This document shows positions 39,401 to 54,300 of a DNA stretch of 64,000 nucleotides, one piece after another (positions within the stretch are counted from its first letter, which is position 1; the number at the start of each line of letters is the position of its first letter). Both the position numbers and the translations under genes were made by a program. Under the pieces are notes generated by a model. It worked only from the letters and a program-made list of their open reading frames with translations, made no database searches and had not been told where the DNA came from. Where the stretch lies: positions 3,545,628 through 3,609,627 of the forward strand of contig OZ037771.1 of NCBI GenBank assembly GCA_964035545.1. The letters are read 5' to 3'. The DNA comes from Bugula neritina. Lineage: Eukaryota; Animalia; Bryozoa.

Positions 39401-42400
39401 TTGGATGTCAGAGGTCAAGTTTCCACCAAGAAGTGGCTCAGTAATTATGGCCTCAAGAAGAACAAACTGGACATCAAGTCTCTAATGCAGGCAGTTGGCT
39501 TCAAAAAGAGAGATGGTTTGTATTTGCTAACCTTTGAGTGTTAAACTCGTTGCTTTACTTGAAGTAAAAGCAGTTTTCAAGAATGAAATACTAAAAAATT
39601 GCATGTTTTATATAGATTAAATGACCAAGTTGGGCTACAAATAGCTATAGTTAAAAGCATTTCCAATAATTGGATTTTTTTCAAATATTTTAGCATTGTT
39701 ATAGCTTTTATCCAACACTTTTATAGCACCCAGCTGTTCATGTGCTAGCATTTTACCTTTCCAATAAAATATAATATTATAAAATTCTGTTACATTGTAT
39801 TTTAGTTAAAATTTGTATATTTAGATTTCGACTATACCTTACGAAAGCCAATCCCATCCAAATACACTGTTGGTAAAGGTTTCTGTGAGAAATACACAGC
39901 TAATGATGGCAAGATTACTAATGTATGTTGACAAATTCAGCTTTATTTATTCTGGTATTGTTTTATTCAAGCCTAAAGTATCATATCGTTATGTCATATC
40001 ATTATGTCATATCATTATGTCATATCATCATGTCATATCATCATGTCATATCATCATGTCATTTCATCATGTCATATCATCATGTCATATCATCATGTCA
40101 TATCATCATGTCATATCATCATGTCATTTCATTATAATGTCATATCATTATATTATATCATCATGTCATTTCATCATGTCATATCACGGTGTCAAATTGT
40201 CGTATTATATCATTAATATTATCACTATCATATCATCACTCAGGTGGCCATCAGTAAAGACAGAATGATTCAATATGCAACTCGACTAAAACAGGCCATC
40301 AGTCTGTTCAGGAAGAGAATGGACTGGCTGACCTCAGAAAGCAGACGTATATTTGGTGTAATCCAAGAGTCAGTTGTTATCATCATACTAGGTAAGTTAA
40401 TTCAGCACATGGATGTCACAGATTCGCAGTTTGCTGTTTCTTAAGATGTTTTCCCATCTACAAATGAATTATTCTGCGACATAACCAATAACATTTTACA
40501 TTACAAGACACAATCAATGACATGCATTGTTGTTGATGAACAACCAATTGCATTCTTGATGACATGGGGACAAATGTAATGATGAAAGTGATTGGTTGGA
40601 CCTAGTTTTTAAATAACTTCAGGTGTCTACTCAGCTATATTACTGCTTTCTTGCATGTAAATCTAATGATTCTAAGTGATGAAGTTCTGTTAATAATGTT
40701 GTATAAATGCCTACCATATGATAGAAGTGAATCCTAATAAATACTTCTGGTGTACAGGAATAATATTTATGCTGATCTAATATTTTATTACAGCATAACA
40801 TGCTAAACCCTATAAGTTACACAAGTCATAGCATAAAGTAGCTAGCATTTCCTATATATATTAGTACTAACTGGTATGTTATACATGGCTGTTGGGTTTG
40901 TTAATGTTGCAGACGTTAAGACAATGTCTCCCCAGCAGTTTGACCAATACCGGTGTGCCGTAGAGAGAGTGTTGAAAGAGCAAGTCTCAACTACAGCCAA
41001 GTTTAACATCTATAGGTTTGTAATATATTAGATGTATGTTGCTCTATAATATTATACACATCTAAACATGATGGTAATCATCTTCTGTGTTGGATGGAAA
41101 TAATAACTTGCTGTTAGCAGTGTGGCGTCTAATCTACTAGACCAACCCTAAAATGTGCTTATTTTATTATATAGACCAAAGGCTACCTTATGTGAAATAA
41201 CCTATTAGCCTAGTCAGCCTAGTGTAGTAAATAAAGGCTCGCCCCACGTTGCTAAACAAACAACCCGCTATTAACATGTTCTTTTCATGCAGTTCAAATA
41301 TTAATAATGTATATGTTTGTACAACTTGTACATTATCTACAGCAAAATCTTATTTAAATGACATGACCCTGTATCAGCCTAAGAAAGGCAAATACTGCGA
41401 TACTAGTGAAAATACATTCAATGTTAAACTTTTAAATGTTGCTGTTTGTTTACTTCTAACACAAGATGGTGTCAAGGGAGTTAGTTATATAAGCTTTTAG
41501 TGCCGTACTATAGCAATGCACACATATAATGATACAGGACTAATGTTGCATTTAGTTTAGACTTCAACTGTCAGCACGCTTTAGACTTAACTAAACAGTC
41601 ATGTAGTGGTAAAGAAGCTGTTATTCTTTTGGGCTAATGATTTGTCTCCTCTTTTAGAACTGCTGAAGATTTCCAATGCTTTAAAGATGAGTGCATAGCG
41701 GTATCACAGCCAGCCATAGATGAGGCAGTTGATTGGCTGTGGACCCTGGAAAGGACGAGGCCCGTAGGACAAGCATCCTGCTGCGAGGCTGTGATGAAAG
41801 CTTTGGAGGACCCCCAGGTGGGTATCCTGAGTGTTATATATAGTGTAAAACAGTGTTATATTATACTGTATTACAGTGTTGTAATATGATATCCTGTATT
41901 ACAGTGTTATATTGTGATATACTGTATTACAGTGTTATTGTATTATATGCTGTATATTACGGTGTTGAAGCATTTGATAATTTTTGCTTTCAAGTATTAC
42001 GAGGGGACATCTCAGGGTCCCCAATTAAAGTAACAATTTAACTAAAGTTTCCTAGTCTAACACTCACTGTACTCTCACAGGCTCAGGGTGTCTACCTATT
42101 CACTATGGGCAACTCCGCTGAGGCAGCGCTAGAGCTGATGCTGTCGAGCTGCCGTGAAGCCAAGAAACCTCTCCACGTTGTCTCCTACAACTGTGACGCT
42201 GCAGAGGTGATGAAGAGTCTCAAAGATTTGTCTGACCTTACAGGTGGCAGGTAAATTGATTTAATATTATACATTGTCTGCAGGTAAAGGTTCTCAATGT
42301 ACACGGCAGGTAAAAAGCTGTGGTACCAACAGACTATATAAACTTTAGTTGATGGTGAAGATATCAAAGTGCTAAATTCCAAGTATTTTGTTGTGTGTGC

Positions 42401-45318
42401 AAACAAATGATTTACTTGTAATAAGTGAATAATAATTTATATACAGTGTGTAAACATGTGATATTTTGTTATAATGTTTAAATAAAGCATTATAAATTTA
42501 ATCCAGTCGCTATTAAATGCATTGATTTTATTTTTTTCAAGTAGTAATTTCAAAGTATGTTCATACCAGTTTCTTTTATCTAGGTTTTAGATAGTTGGTT
42601 GGGTTTACTATAGAATGAATGATGATTAAAATGCCATCATAAATATTTTAAAGTGTTTCCGTACAGAATTATTGTGCATGCCTGGGTGTGTTACAGGTTC
42701 CATGCTTATGGAGTCATCATGGAGATGGACAGCTTTGATCCGCTGCCACTGAGTGACGACAGCAATAGAGCTCATGTCGCTGTGAGAAAACGCACCATTG
42801 GGGGTGAGTCTGCTCTCTCACTGACACCCACTGACACTTTAATGGAACTGACACCAACTGACACGTTAATGGAACTGCCAACACTCAATTTAATAATTTA
42901 CTGGAATTCATTGAATAGAATTTGTTTAGAATATTGAGAACTAAATTGCATAATTGTTGTAGCATTTCATGCAAGCCTGATTGAATAGCATAAAAATTAT
43001 AATAGCTACATGTATTTAAATATCTTTCTTAAATGTATATTAAGTGAGAGCAAATTGTTTAAGTTTTCCAACTTTTAAAATTCTTGCTTTAAAATATAGA
43101 ATATTTATTTGTTCCCATTGAGAGTTGAGTTCCTAAGCTTTAACTTTACAGGAGTACCAGCGGGTGCTGGAGTCCGCCCCGATGTTCTAAGGCTGTTCGA
43201 GGAGATAGAAGAGGCTCAGTCTACTTTAGCTCAAATGGAAACTGTAATATCTACTATGCCAAATAGCAAGCTCACTGTATACAGTATGTCCACATACCTT
43301 CAGTGGTTTAACTGTTCTTTTTGTTTTATAAAATATTGAATGGGTTTTTTAAAAATTATTTCAAAAAGCATTTCACTTCAAAAAGCAGTAAAATTATGAT
43401 CAAAAGATAATTTTAACACATTTTTGTTGAAGTGTTGAAAGTGTTGAATCTTTGTGTAGAAAAGAAAGAATTATCTGCCAATAATATGAGCCGACACGTA
43501 GACAGGGCAGAAGAATACATGGGCTCTTCTGATTGGCTCAACACTAACGGGTTGAAAGTGAAAAGGCTGACATTTTATGACCTGCTAGGGAAAGTGGCAT
43601 TCAAGCACTGTGACGGTGTCGTCAATCTAAAGAGAGCTCCTGGTCCAGATGAGCACCGCACTGATGCAGTGAGTCATATTATGCTGCCGCATTTGCGGTC
43701 AAGGCCGTAGTCATGCCTAAATGAATTTTTTTAGACTTAGATTATTTAAATTAGTTGATTGCTGTAATATTGATGCATACTGATATCTCATTTTATTTTT
43801 TCAATATTTATGATTTATTAACTCCTAAAACGTGCTGGTTTCCTTTCAAATGTATTTATTTATTTTGATAGCATATTTTTAATCATTTGAAACATTTCCA
43901 TTAATCATCAATGATTACGTGATTATAGTTTTTATTCCAGCATTACTTGAAATAATCAGGCATTTTGTATGGAGTTGTCTTCCCCATGCGGGCACCTAAA
44001 ATTGCAATATATTGTAGAACTCACAAGACATCCTGGTGAATGCCAGGTACTGTGATCAGTTTGCTCATGTCAAGTGGAAAGACGGGACTATCGTTCATGT
44101 GCAGGTAACTCCCGAAACTCACCGAGTTTATGAGCAGAAAGTGAATAACGTGATGGAGAATATCAACACGAGGTATGTTCTCAGATTGCTTTTTGCCTAC
44201 CTGATGTCAGCTGCCGGAAGTATTATACTGTCTGCAAAAATATTGCTTTAGTTTATTACATGTTCAATTATTATATATTTATTACATTACTATCAACTTG
44301 TTTGACTAAACATGGATCTGCATATACAGGGTTAATTATTGAACACTTACTGTGTGGACAGTATAAACCCCTTCTCACTCCACCCCTGACTAGTGAATTA
44401 GCATACCTTATGTTTTCATTCTCACAGTGTTAGCCTTCATCATGAAACCATTATAATTGTGTTGAGGTTCTCCCACCTTCTCTGTCTATGTTGGTGAGGT
44501 GGGATACCAAGTTGCCCTACTCTATATGTATACATAAACTGTAGGATCACATGGCTACAGCAAGGCAGCAGACAGCTGTTTGGTACAATCATCGAGAGAC
44601 GACTCTACCTCATAATAGATACGTCTGCTTCTATGGCTCCCAGCTTGCAATTCGTTAAAGATAAGACCTTCCTCTTACTGCAGGTTGGTGTGATTGAGCT
44701 CGCTTATCGTGGGTTTAGTTCTGATTTGGGTGAGGTGCTCAGATGTTGGGTACAAAGGCTATACTATACACTCTATGTAGTCCTGAGCACCTATAATTAT
44801 ATGTAGTTCGATGCTTTTCGTAACATTAACGGTGTTCGCACAGTTTGAGCTACTTGCTCTTTGTTTGGTTTAAGACACAACGCAAAGCTTACTGTAATAG
44901 AGTATAGGATATATTAATGTAATAGAGTATAGGATATATTAATGTAATAGAGTATAGTATATATTAATGTAATAGAGTATAGTATATATTAATGTAATAG
45001 AGTATAGGATATATTAATGTAATAGAGTATAGTATATATTAATATAATGGAGTATAGGATATATTAATGTAATAGAATATAGGATATATATTAATGTAAT
45101 AGTGTATAGGATATATTAATATAATGGAGTATAGGATATATTAATATAATAGAGTATAGGATATATTAATGTAATAGAGTATAGAGTATAGAGTATATTA
45201 TATTCATTGTACAGTAAGTGGTATTTATAGATGGACTGCATTGCGGTGATAAATCTTATATATATATATATATATATACACATATATATATATATACACA
45301 TATATATATATATACACA

Positions 45319-45352
<34 letters not shown>

Positions 45353-48300
45353 CATATATATATATACAATAATAATTTCTAGGAGCAAATTAGACACAAG
45401 GATGCATTCAACATAATAAGTTTTGGCTCTAAAGTGACTCCGTGGAGAGACAGACTGGTAGAGGTAACAGAAGAGAACCTGAAGCTCGCCTGGACATGGA
45501 TCCGTAACCTGGATACAAACGGCTCAACTAACACACTCGGTATAAAGATTTATACTCGCCTTAATATTTATAATACAATATACAGCAATATTTTGTCTTA
45601 GCAGTGCATAGGTTAGTCTGCATTCTGAAAACTTTGCATTCTCAGTAAAACAAATAATTAAAGAAACATAAATAAATAAATAGTCAATAAGGTTTCTCAG
45701 TCAGTCAGAAATTTGACTTTATGTTCCCAGAGTCTAAGCTTCTAATTTCAACAGCGATTTTAGATGTAAACTTTTACTTGGGCTTTGTGTTAGTCAGAAA
45801 TTTCACCCTAATTTATGTTTTCTGTCAACAGTATTTGTGCTTTTGATCAAGGTTAGCCTTTGCACCCGACTATCTGTAAAAATGTGAAACAAGGCTGAAC
45901 TCCATCTGCTCATCACAATATAATTTATTTTTTTTGCAAAAATGTGTTCAAAGTGAAAATTAGCATCAGTTGAGTTCTCTTTTACTAACAGAATAACACA
46001 TGTTGCACTGATTAGAGTATCTATGGTTGAAAAAAGTAGTTTTCTATAATTTGTGTATTTCTAATGATCGATGTTTAGATGCACATGCAATGTAATGTCA
46101 GTTCAATTTGACACGTATTTGCAGGTGCTCTGAAATATGCATTGGCTGACATCAACACAGAAGGCATTTACATGCTGACAGATGGCAGACCAGACCACCC
46201 ACCCAAGTCTGTTCTGGCTCAAGTGACACTGCAGAAGACTGTTCCTATTCACACCATCAGCTTCAACTGTGCAGACGGCGAAGCTAACAAGTTCTTGTGT
46301 CAGCTAGCCAAAGACACTAAGGGCAGATATCACTATTTCTCTGAACACGGAGAAGATATTGAAGGTACTGTGGCTATACGTGTCTACTAGTTCACGACAT
46401 TTAAAATATCATAAACATATTTAGTCAAATAAAATTGTAGTAAGATGTAACATTGTACTGTTAAAATAATTCAGATTAAGATAAAATTTTGTATTTTATG
46501 CAGTTTGGTAATGCCTTCATACTTTACAGGATAATAGGTATAAACCATGCAATTATATCAGGTTTATTTGTTCAAAATTATATGACTAATAGTTTGTCAT
46601 CTTCACAACACTGTATGGCATAAATTGACATTTTGCAATATACAAAGTGAAAATGGAAAGTATCTAAACATCCTAAGTATGGCGGGTGTTGTTGACCTTT
46701 TGTAGGTCCTGAACCGTATCAGAGTGAAGACATACGGCTCCTGATGGAGGAATATAAACTGGCTGAACATTACTTAAAAAAAGTCTCATCCTTGCGAGAT
46801 GAATGCCAGGAACTACAATGGAAAAGGTCTGCCAATGCTAAGCTTCACAGAGCACGGTGAGAGTGAAATAATCATACTAATACACTAGCTTATGGCAGGT
46901 CTGTGTGTCACTGCTGTGATGTCATCATACTAACACACTGGCATATGGCAGGTCTGTGTGTCACTGCTATGATGTCATTATACTAACACACTAGCAGATG
47001 GCAGGTCTGTGCGCCACTGTTATGATGTCATCATACTAATACACTAGCTTATGGCAGGTTTGTGTGTCACTGCTGTGATATCATCCTACTAATACGCTAT
47101 AGTCTATAATATACAGCTAATGTGAAGTACAATTTTATAACTGTATTACATCCCTCCTACTTTGTTACTGTCTGTCTCTTAGATGTAGTTTTTTCCAAGC
47201 TGACATAAAAAATATTTGATTGAAGAAATGTTGAAATAAATACAAATGATAACTATCCAGTTTATTTTGATATAAGAGATGTTTTTAGCCTCTCCGATTC
47301 TTATCAATACCAAAAAAGCAATTTGAATAAATCTCTGTTGAATTTCAGAACAACACTAGGCACAGGCTTGTCTAGGCCTAAAAGTGCTGTAGTTAGCCTA
47401 CGTTCTAGTACAAACAATATGCCGTCACGACCTCAGTCCGCAAGACCCACCCTTCCTACTAGTCAAAGTGCCCCTGTTCTACACACGAGCCATCATACTG
47501 ACCCGTCTAAAACTTCAAGTTACATCAGGTAAGTCTGCTTCTCCTAAATTTAAATTTAAATAAAAAATGTTTTTTTAGTTTATACTATTTTGAAGCTCTT
47601 TAGTATCTCGCAATATTGTACATTAGTGAAAACTAGTATTTCATTTCAATCAAACTACATCTTGTACACTGTAAAATATCATTTTTACAGTGTAGAAAAA
47701 TTAAAATATTTCTAAAAAGTTATCATTTTTCATTACGTAGTATTATCATAGGACAATTTTTTCTCCTATAGACCTGCTTAGTCGATATCTTAGTATTTAT
47801 GGTTCAGCCAAAAGACTTTTGAGAATGCAAGAGTCAGCAGAATAATTTTAAACATCAGAATTACTCACTTCAATTGATTCTTAGAATAATTTTATACATC
47901 TTGCTGTAAAATATGCTTATTGGTGTATGGTTTTTGGTTTTTGAATTGATAATGAAGATGTAAGTGGTTTTTCAATCACTGTGGTTGAAAGCAGTGATGT
48001 TGAATGCACTAGCTAGCCTATGATATTCTCTTATGAAGCTCCTGATGATGTTTGCAGACTAAACAAGCCGAGGAAAAAGCCTAAAGTAGCCGCACACACC
48101 AGAACCAGTCTACTCAGAACTCTCAGTGCAGGCAGTGACTGGGTCCTCCCTGAAACTAAGTCAATGCTCACCAAGCAGTTTAAACTACGTGAGTCGACTT
48201 TGCTTACACCTAATATTAAGATTGAAACTTACATGCAATGTTGAAAGATTCCCGTTCTCCTGTTTGTGCCATGCAGCTGTTTATTAGCTTTACTTAAATA

Positions 48301-51300
48301 TGCTTCTAGCTTGATGCATCGTGTTCCTAACTATTTTAGTTGTCGTAGCATCTTTAGCATATAACTATTTTCCACAGTTTATTTAGTATTTGCTTTTGAG
48401 CTTGGCTTTTTTTATGTATTATATCTTGTAACTAATAAATTTTAAAGCAGTTGCTTTCTTTTTTGTACTTATTGAATAAGTAGAGTTTCAAAATATAGCA
48501 AAAAAGTGCGTATCATGTCAATAGCCTTAGAGTTTGTCATATTTTAGCCATTAAATTCTGTTTTTAGCTGATACAACATCTCCAACTGCAGAAAATAATG
48601 CAAGCCCTAGATCTAAGATACCAAAGAAGAAGAAACCTCGGTTCCTAGCCACAAAGAACTGGCTTCTAAGAAATGGTCTGAGAGCCAAGAAGCTGCTGTT
48701 GTTAGACGCCCTCAGTGAAGCCATAGAAAAAGACAGAGGATCTGCCAAAATCGACAATGAAGTAGTTTCTAGACTTCTTGACGAGGTAAGCTAATGGTTG
48801 TCAGGGTCAAAGGTCATTTTGTTATTCAATATGCCTGTCCTTTATTTGTTACAATGTATATTTATCTGTAGCTAGAATAACTCTATTTAGCTGATTTTTA
48901 AATTGCAAATTTAAATATTCTTTTGAAGGAGTTGTCTCCTCGAGGTGAGAAAAGAAGGGATTCCCTACTTTCAAACCCATATCTTGAAGACTCTCTGCTG
49001 GAGTACGAAATGAAGTTGAAGTCTGCGCTGGAACTGTATAAAAATAGACTGGATAGACTAATATGGCAATCTCTGTCTAAGGATGAAAAGGAAACTTACA
49101 GGTGGGAAAGTCTTGGTAGTGTGCAATGGAAACCTTTCTATTGGTAGTGTGCAATGGAAAGCTGTAGGCAATCTAATAAAACTTTCTATGTAGTGTAGTG
49201 AGATTCCTCATGTGGAATGCATGCATGAAGTGTATATATAACATGAGCCTACTTATAGGATATAATTGAAATCTACAAATGAAGCTCACCACAATTTGAT
49301 TGCGATTAGCTCTTTTGATGTCAACTTCTAATTTCTAATATCATACATATTTTAGGGCACTTTAATAAAAAAAGCCGTATAATGGTAACTTGTAGTAAAA
49401 CCTTATGAGAGAAATAGAACTGTAAAAAATTTACAAAATCTTCTAGTTTTCAGAATCATTTTGACTCATTTAAGATTCACTGTGACTTTTTTGAGAGAAA
49501 TTATCTGCACCTGAAGAATTGCTCATACATCATAATCTGATAGCTGCGGCCACACTTATCCAATGTGTCTTGTAGAGGGGAGGGAGAGGATAGCGAAGAG
49601 GTTAGAATGAGAAGTTATCAGGAATTTAAGGCTAAGTTGACTCAATCTCTGGACAACTGTGGTTGGCCTGTGAGCCAGGTGGACGTGAATCTGATGGAGG
49701 AGGAGATCCAGCAAGCTGAGACATACCTTGAGCAGAGTGAGAATATCAGGTAATACACTTACCTTGATATACTTACCTTAATTCACTTACCTTGATATAC
49801 TCACCTCTATGTACTTACCTTGATATACTTACCTTGACATGAATATCAGGCAATGTACTTACATTGATATGTTAATATCAATGTAATGTATATACCTATA
49901 TGATAAAAATGCATTATCACTAGAAAGATAATTTTAAAACAGAAACTAACTGATTTATGCTGTCGAAACACTGTTTGTATTGTTATGCTGCCGTCTATTC
50001 TGTTTCTGTATGAACTCTTGTAGAGAAGCATCAGCGAAATGTGAGAAAAGAGAGATAACTACTTCTCTTGACGAACCTCTCAAATTCAAGCAGCCGAAAC
50101 CTAAACCTCAAGCTCCAGATCAGCTTAGAGGTCAAAGGGTAGTGGCTAGGAAGATAGAGGATGGGCTATACTACAGTGGTATGTGACAGACAAATTAATA
50201 TGAACAATTGCTATAACATGTTAATTTTGTAGCCAATAAAGCACTCCATAGGTTTTACTGTATTGTTTACATGCTTTGATCTTATTCATGGGTACATGAC
50301 ATAAAAGTACTTGTATTATATTAATTTCCAGCTGGTTTGGTGCTTAGCTCCGTTTTATTTTATTGTCACGATGACTTGAATGCTGCAGTGGCAGCACCAC
50401 AAAGTTTTAATTAGAATGTTAACAACATACATGTGTAATCAGCAACTATTTGTGTAATCTGAACCATTCCATCTCCCAATCTTGCAGTCTTATCTTATAT
50501 AAAATAGTTACACTAAAAATTTAAATATTTTTGCTATGGTTTAATAAATTTGTACACCTGCATAGTGTAAACTAGTGAGAGCTTGCATTATATTACACTA
50601 TATTAGACTATAGGGCAGCTGTCATACAGTACTTACTATTAGATACTTACATTTCTGTTTCTCATGCATCTTGTAGGTCTGGTATTGAGGTCTAAGGGGG
50701 CTCATCACGCTATAGTCAAGTTTGACTCTGGAGAAGAGGAGACAATTTCTAAACAGTTTGTTATTCCTAACAAAGGAGCCATTTCTGTGCCAACACTGAC
50801 TGTGAGTTGAAATTCACATTTAGTTTGTCCCAAGATTTACAATTTTCAAAGTAATAGCAACAATTCCTTGCTAATAAAGAGTTATGCAATTGTATTTAGG
50901 TTTTACTGTTAGATTCTACTACAGCTATTAGAATTGTAAAGGGTTCAACTTTTATCATTACTCACACTGTATTTTCATTTTAGTTTTCGTTTGCCTGACA
51001 ATCAAAACTGCTTTTGACTAGTGGAAACAACTTGATATAAATATCTGATAATTATTTTCAAATATTTACTGTAGATTTATATTATCTATGTTTTGTTTTC
51101 AATTTTTTCAGATGGGAGATTACGTTCTAGTGTTGGTCAAAGGACCAAAGAATCAACCGTGTTATGTGCCGGGGCAGGTAGAGCTAACTCCAAAGGAGTC
51201 CCCTGCAGATAAGAGCAAGTTTTTTGAGATCACAGTCTACAGTGGAAACAGAGTCTCTGCTCTAAGAAATTCTATTGTGAAAATCGGAAAAGCCCGATAC

Positions 51301-54300
51301 AACTTCTCCATAACCTACATTAAGGAAAGGTTTGTGTGTTGTTTAGTGCATTATAAATCTTGACTGTTTTTGAGGCTGATGTATTATATAATATTATATT
51401 ATCCTCTAACACTATATTATATATTATATTATCTTTTAACTCTACTATATTATATCCTCTAACACTATTATATATTTTTTTTTTTTAACTCTACTATATT
51501 ATATCCTCTAAGACTATTATATATTATATATTATATTATATTATTCTCTAACACTATTATATAGTATATCATATTATATCTATCATTATATCATATATTA
51601 TGTTTGGAAGAGCTAAATTTATTTATAACTTCTGCTGCTGTAGGAATGAAGAAGCTCACAATGAATATTCTGACGAGGATGCAGACGAAGAAGATGGTGA
51701 TGTGCTAAAGGCAGCGCTGGAGAAGTACGGCAGCAACTTGGAGGAACTCTGCTACAGAGTACTGAACAAACAGAAGGAGTACAAGTCCCGGCAGAAACGT
51801 CTGCACAAGCAGATGAGGAGAATACGAGAGGAGTATAAGGAGATGAGGAGTAGGAAGGTACAGTGCATAGAAGAGTAGATCAGTATAGCAGTAAAACATG
51901 ATTTGTTTGTTTGTCTATATGACTGTCCGTGTGTTTGTCTGTATGACTGTCTTCGTGTCTGTTTGTTTTGTCTGTGAGTGTTTCACTAAGTTGTAGCGCT
52001 CTCACCACATGAGTCCATCTGTGTGTGTGTGGAGAGGAGAGAGGGTTTAGCAAGACCTTTTATTGGTGTAACAAAGACCTAATTTGAATTATTTAGCCTG
52101 TTAAAGGGATTTCATGACATTTTTTACTGAAATCAAATGATTGATTAATTTAATCTTTGAGAGCTTATAATATTAATAAAGTTAGCTGTAGCAATATTGA
52201 ATAGTTATTTTAATTGCATTATCTTCAGTCCAAATATTGATGACTTATTTCGCTATTTTACTTGAAGGTGTTTTTAGGTTTTTTTCAAATATTTTAATAA
52301 TTAAAGGAGCAATAGTTTGATAGCTAATCCATTACTTGTTGACAATCAATTTAACCGTTGTTTTTATCTAAAAATCTGCAAGGAGTTATCTTTATATACA
52401 TGCATCTGCATTTTCTCTGTGCTGGTGTTTTGTATTGATTTCAGTGTTTGCATCTCAACAATTCTACACTCTATTTTTGCCTCATTCTATAATACCAACT
52501 GTTCTATGCTTAGAGTGAACAGAGAGCAGGCATAAAGTTCAACGTGGCTGACAGTATTGAAGATGGAGAGGAGGTGCTTGCAAGGTGGTTGGATGAAGGA
52601 TGGTATTACAGATGTCAAGTAAGCAGCTGTCATAATCAACACACTTGTTAGAAAATGTCATATGCCAACAGATGCAAACATCTATCGCAATATCCAGTCA
52701 AAACTAATATGTTTATTTTTTTACTGGAATGAATTGCTCATATATGAAAGCTAGCAACATTTTGCACGCTATTTATATTATTTTTAGTGAACTAATTTTC
52801 TGTCCAGGTTCAGCGCAGAGTGAGCGAGAGGACGTACATGCTGCAGGATAGCTGTGGCGACTTGCAGCAGACGTCTCGTGATGACATCATCACAGATAAT
52901 GATGACATCACCAGCAAGATTGAGGAACAGTCTGCTGTTATAGCTCTCCACCCCAACTACTACTACAGGTATGCTAACGCCCTCTCAATTGACATCTCTT
53001 CTGTTGTGCCTGTAATGTGGCAGATTTTAAAGACAAATTTCGTTGGGCTAATCTATAATTTTAATTGTATAGCAATCAAGTTCGCATTTCTCATTTTAAA
53101 ATTCTTAGTCAAAATTCCAGCGTTCTATTTACTTCTAAAAGATACAGAGCTTTTAAAATATGATATGTCAACTAAACATTCATGTTCACATTTGATTTTA
53201 GCTTTTGTATCAATAGATTATTTGTGTGTCCGATATTATACTGTTAATATTTTTTTTAACTCATGCTGAAGATGAACTTTGCTATTCACTTCAATAAAGA
53301 GCCCAAAGTGTATTCTTACTATTATTGTGTAGCTATGCACCTGCTAAGGTAGAAGAGGTGTTTGACGACTACAGCTGCTCCGTGAAGTTTTATGACGACA
53401 CTCGGTCTATTATTGAGAGAGAGGATGTGTTCATAACCGACCTTGATACATATGAACGTGATGTAGCCTACATTCAGAAGTGTGAGGATGAGCTGGTTGG
53501 GCAGGCTGTAGTAGCCCGTGATAACCAATCTGGGAACTACAATCTAGGTGAGTTTGCTGGCCGCTCCATGGTTGACAACCTTTTTGTGTTATTTGTAATT
53601 AATTTGTTAGCTTTTATTGGTCAATTTTAATTAATGTGTTTCCTAAAAAGTTGAAATAGAACTTTGGGTACGCAGTTTGTGCAATTCTTACTTACTCATC
53701 TAATTAAGTTGGGTTTCACTCATAGACTAACTGTTGCTGTGAAAGCTGTATTAGATTTATTTATGGTCAAAAATGCCACCAAAAGTAGGAGTATAGCCTA
53801 ATACCGAGTTCTAATAGCCCTAGTAACATGACTACGCTTTATGCTGCAGGTACTATTGTTGACAAGCACCCCAACCGACAGTACACTGTGGAGTTTACAG
53901 ACGGACGCAAGGCCAAGCAGTCTTGTATCCACATATTTGGAGTGTTCAGTAAACAGTACAAGTTTAACGTTGGAGATCATTGTCTGAGTCTGGCCGACAA
54001 GAAGCTGCTCGTATACATGCCCGGCATCGTCACTGGGAAGAGCAAGACAGGCATAGACGTGACCTTCATAGATGGCTCCAAGTACGCATTATACTACATC
54101 ATTTTATATTATTACATGTGGTATAAATTTCGTTTTCGTTGCTTCGCATCATGCGAATGGATGCTCGTATGAATGAATTTATGGTTGCGCTTTCATTCAA
54201 TGCAACTGTTTCCAAACATTGATTGAAAAAATTCATTTGCGTAATGCAAAGCTTACAAATGTAGTGATAACCTGTATATTGTGTTATGGTATTACGGGAG

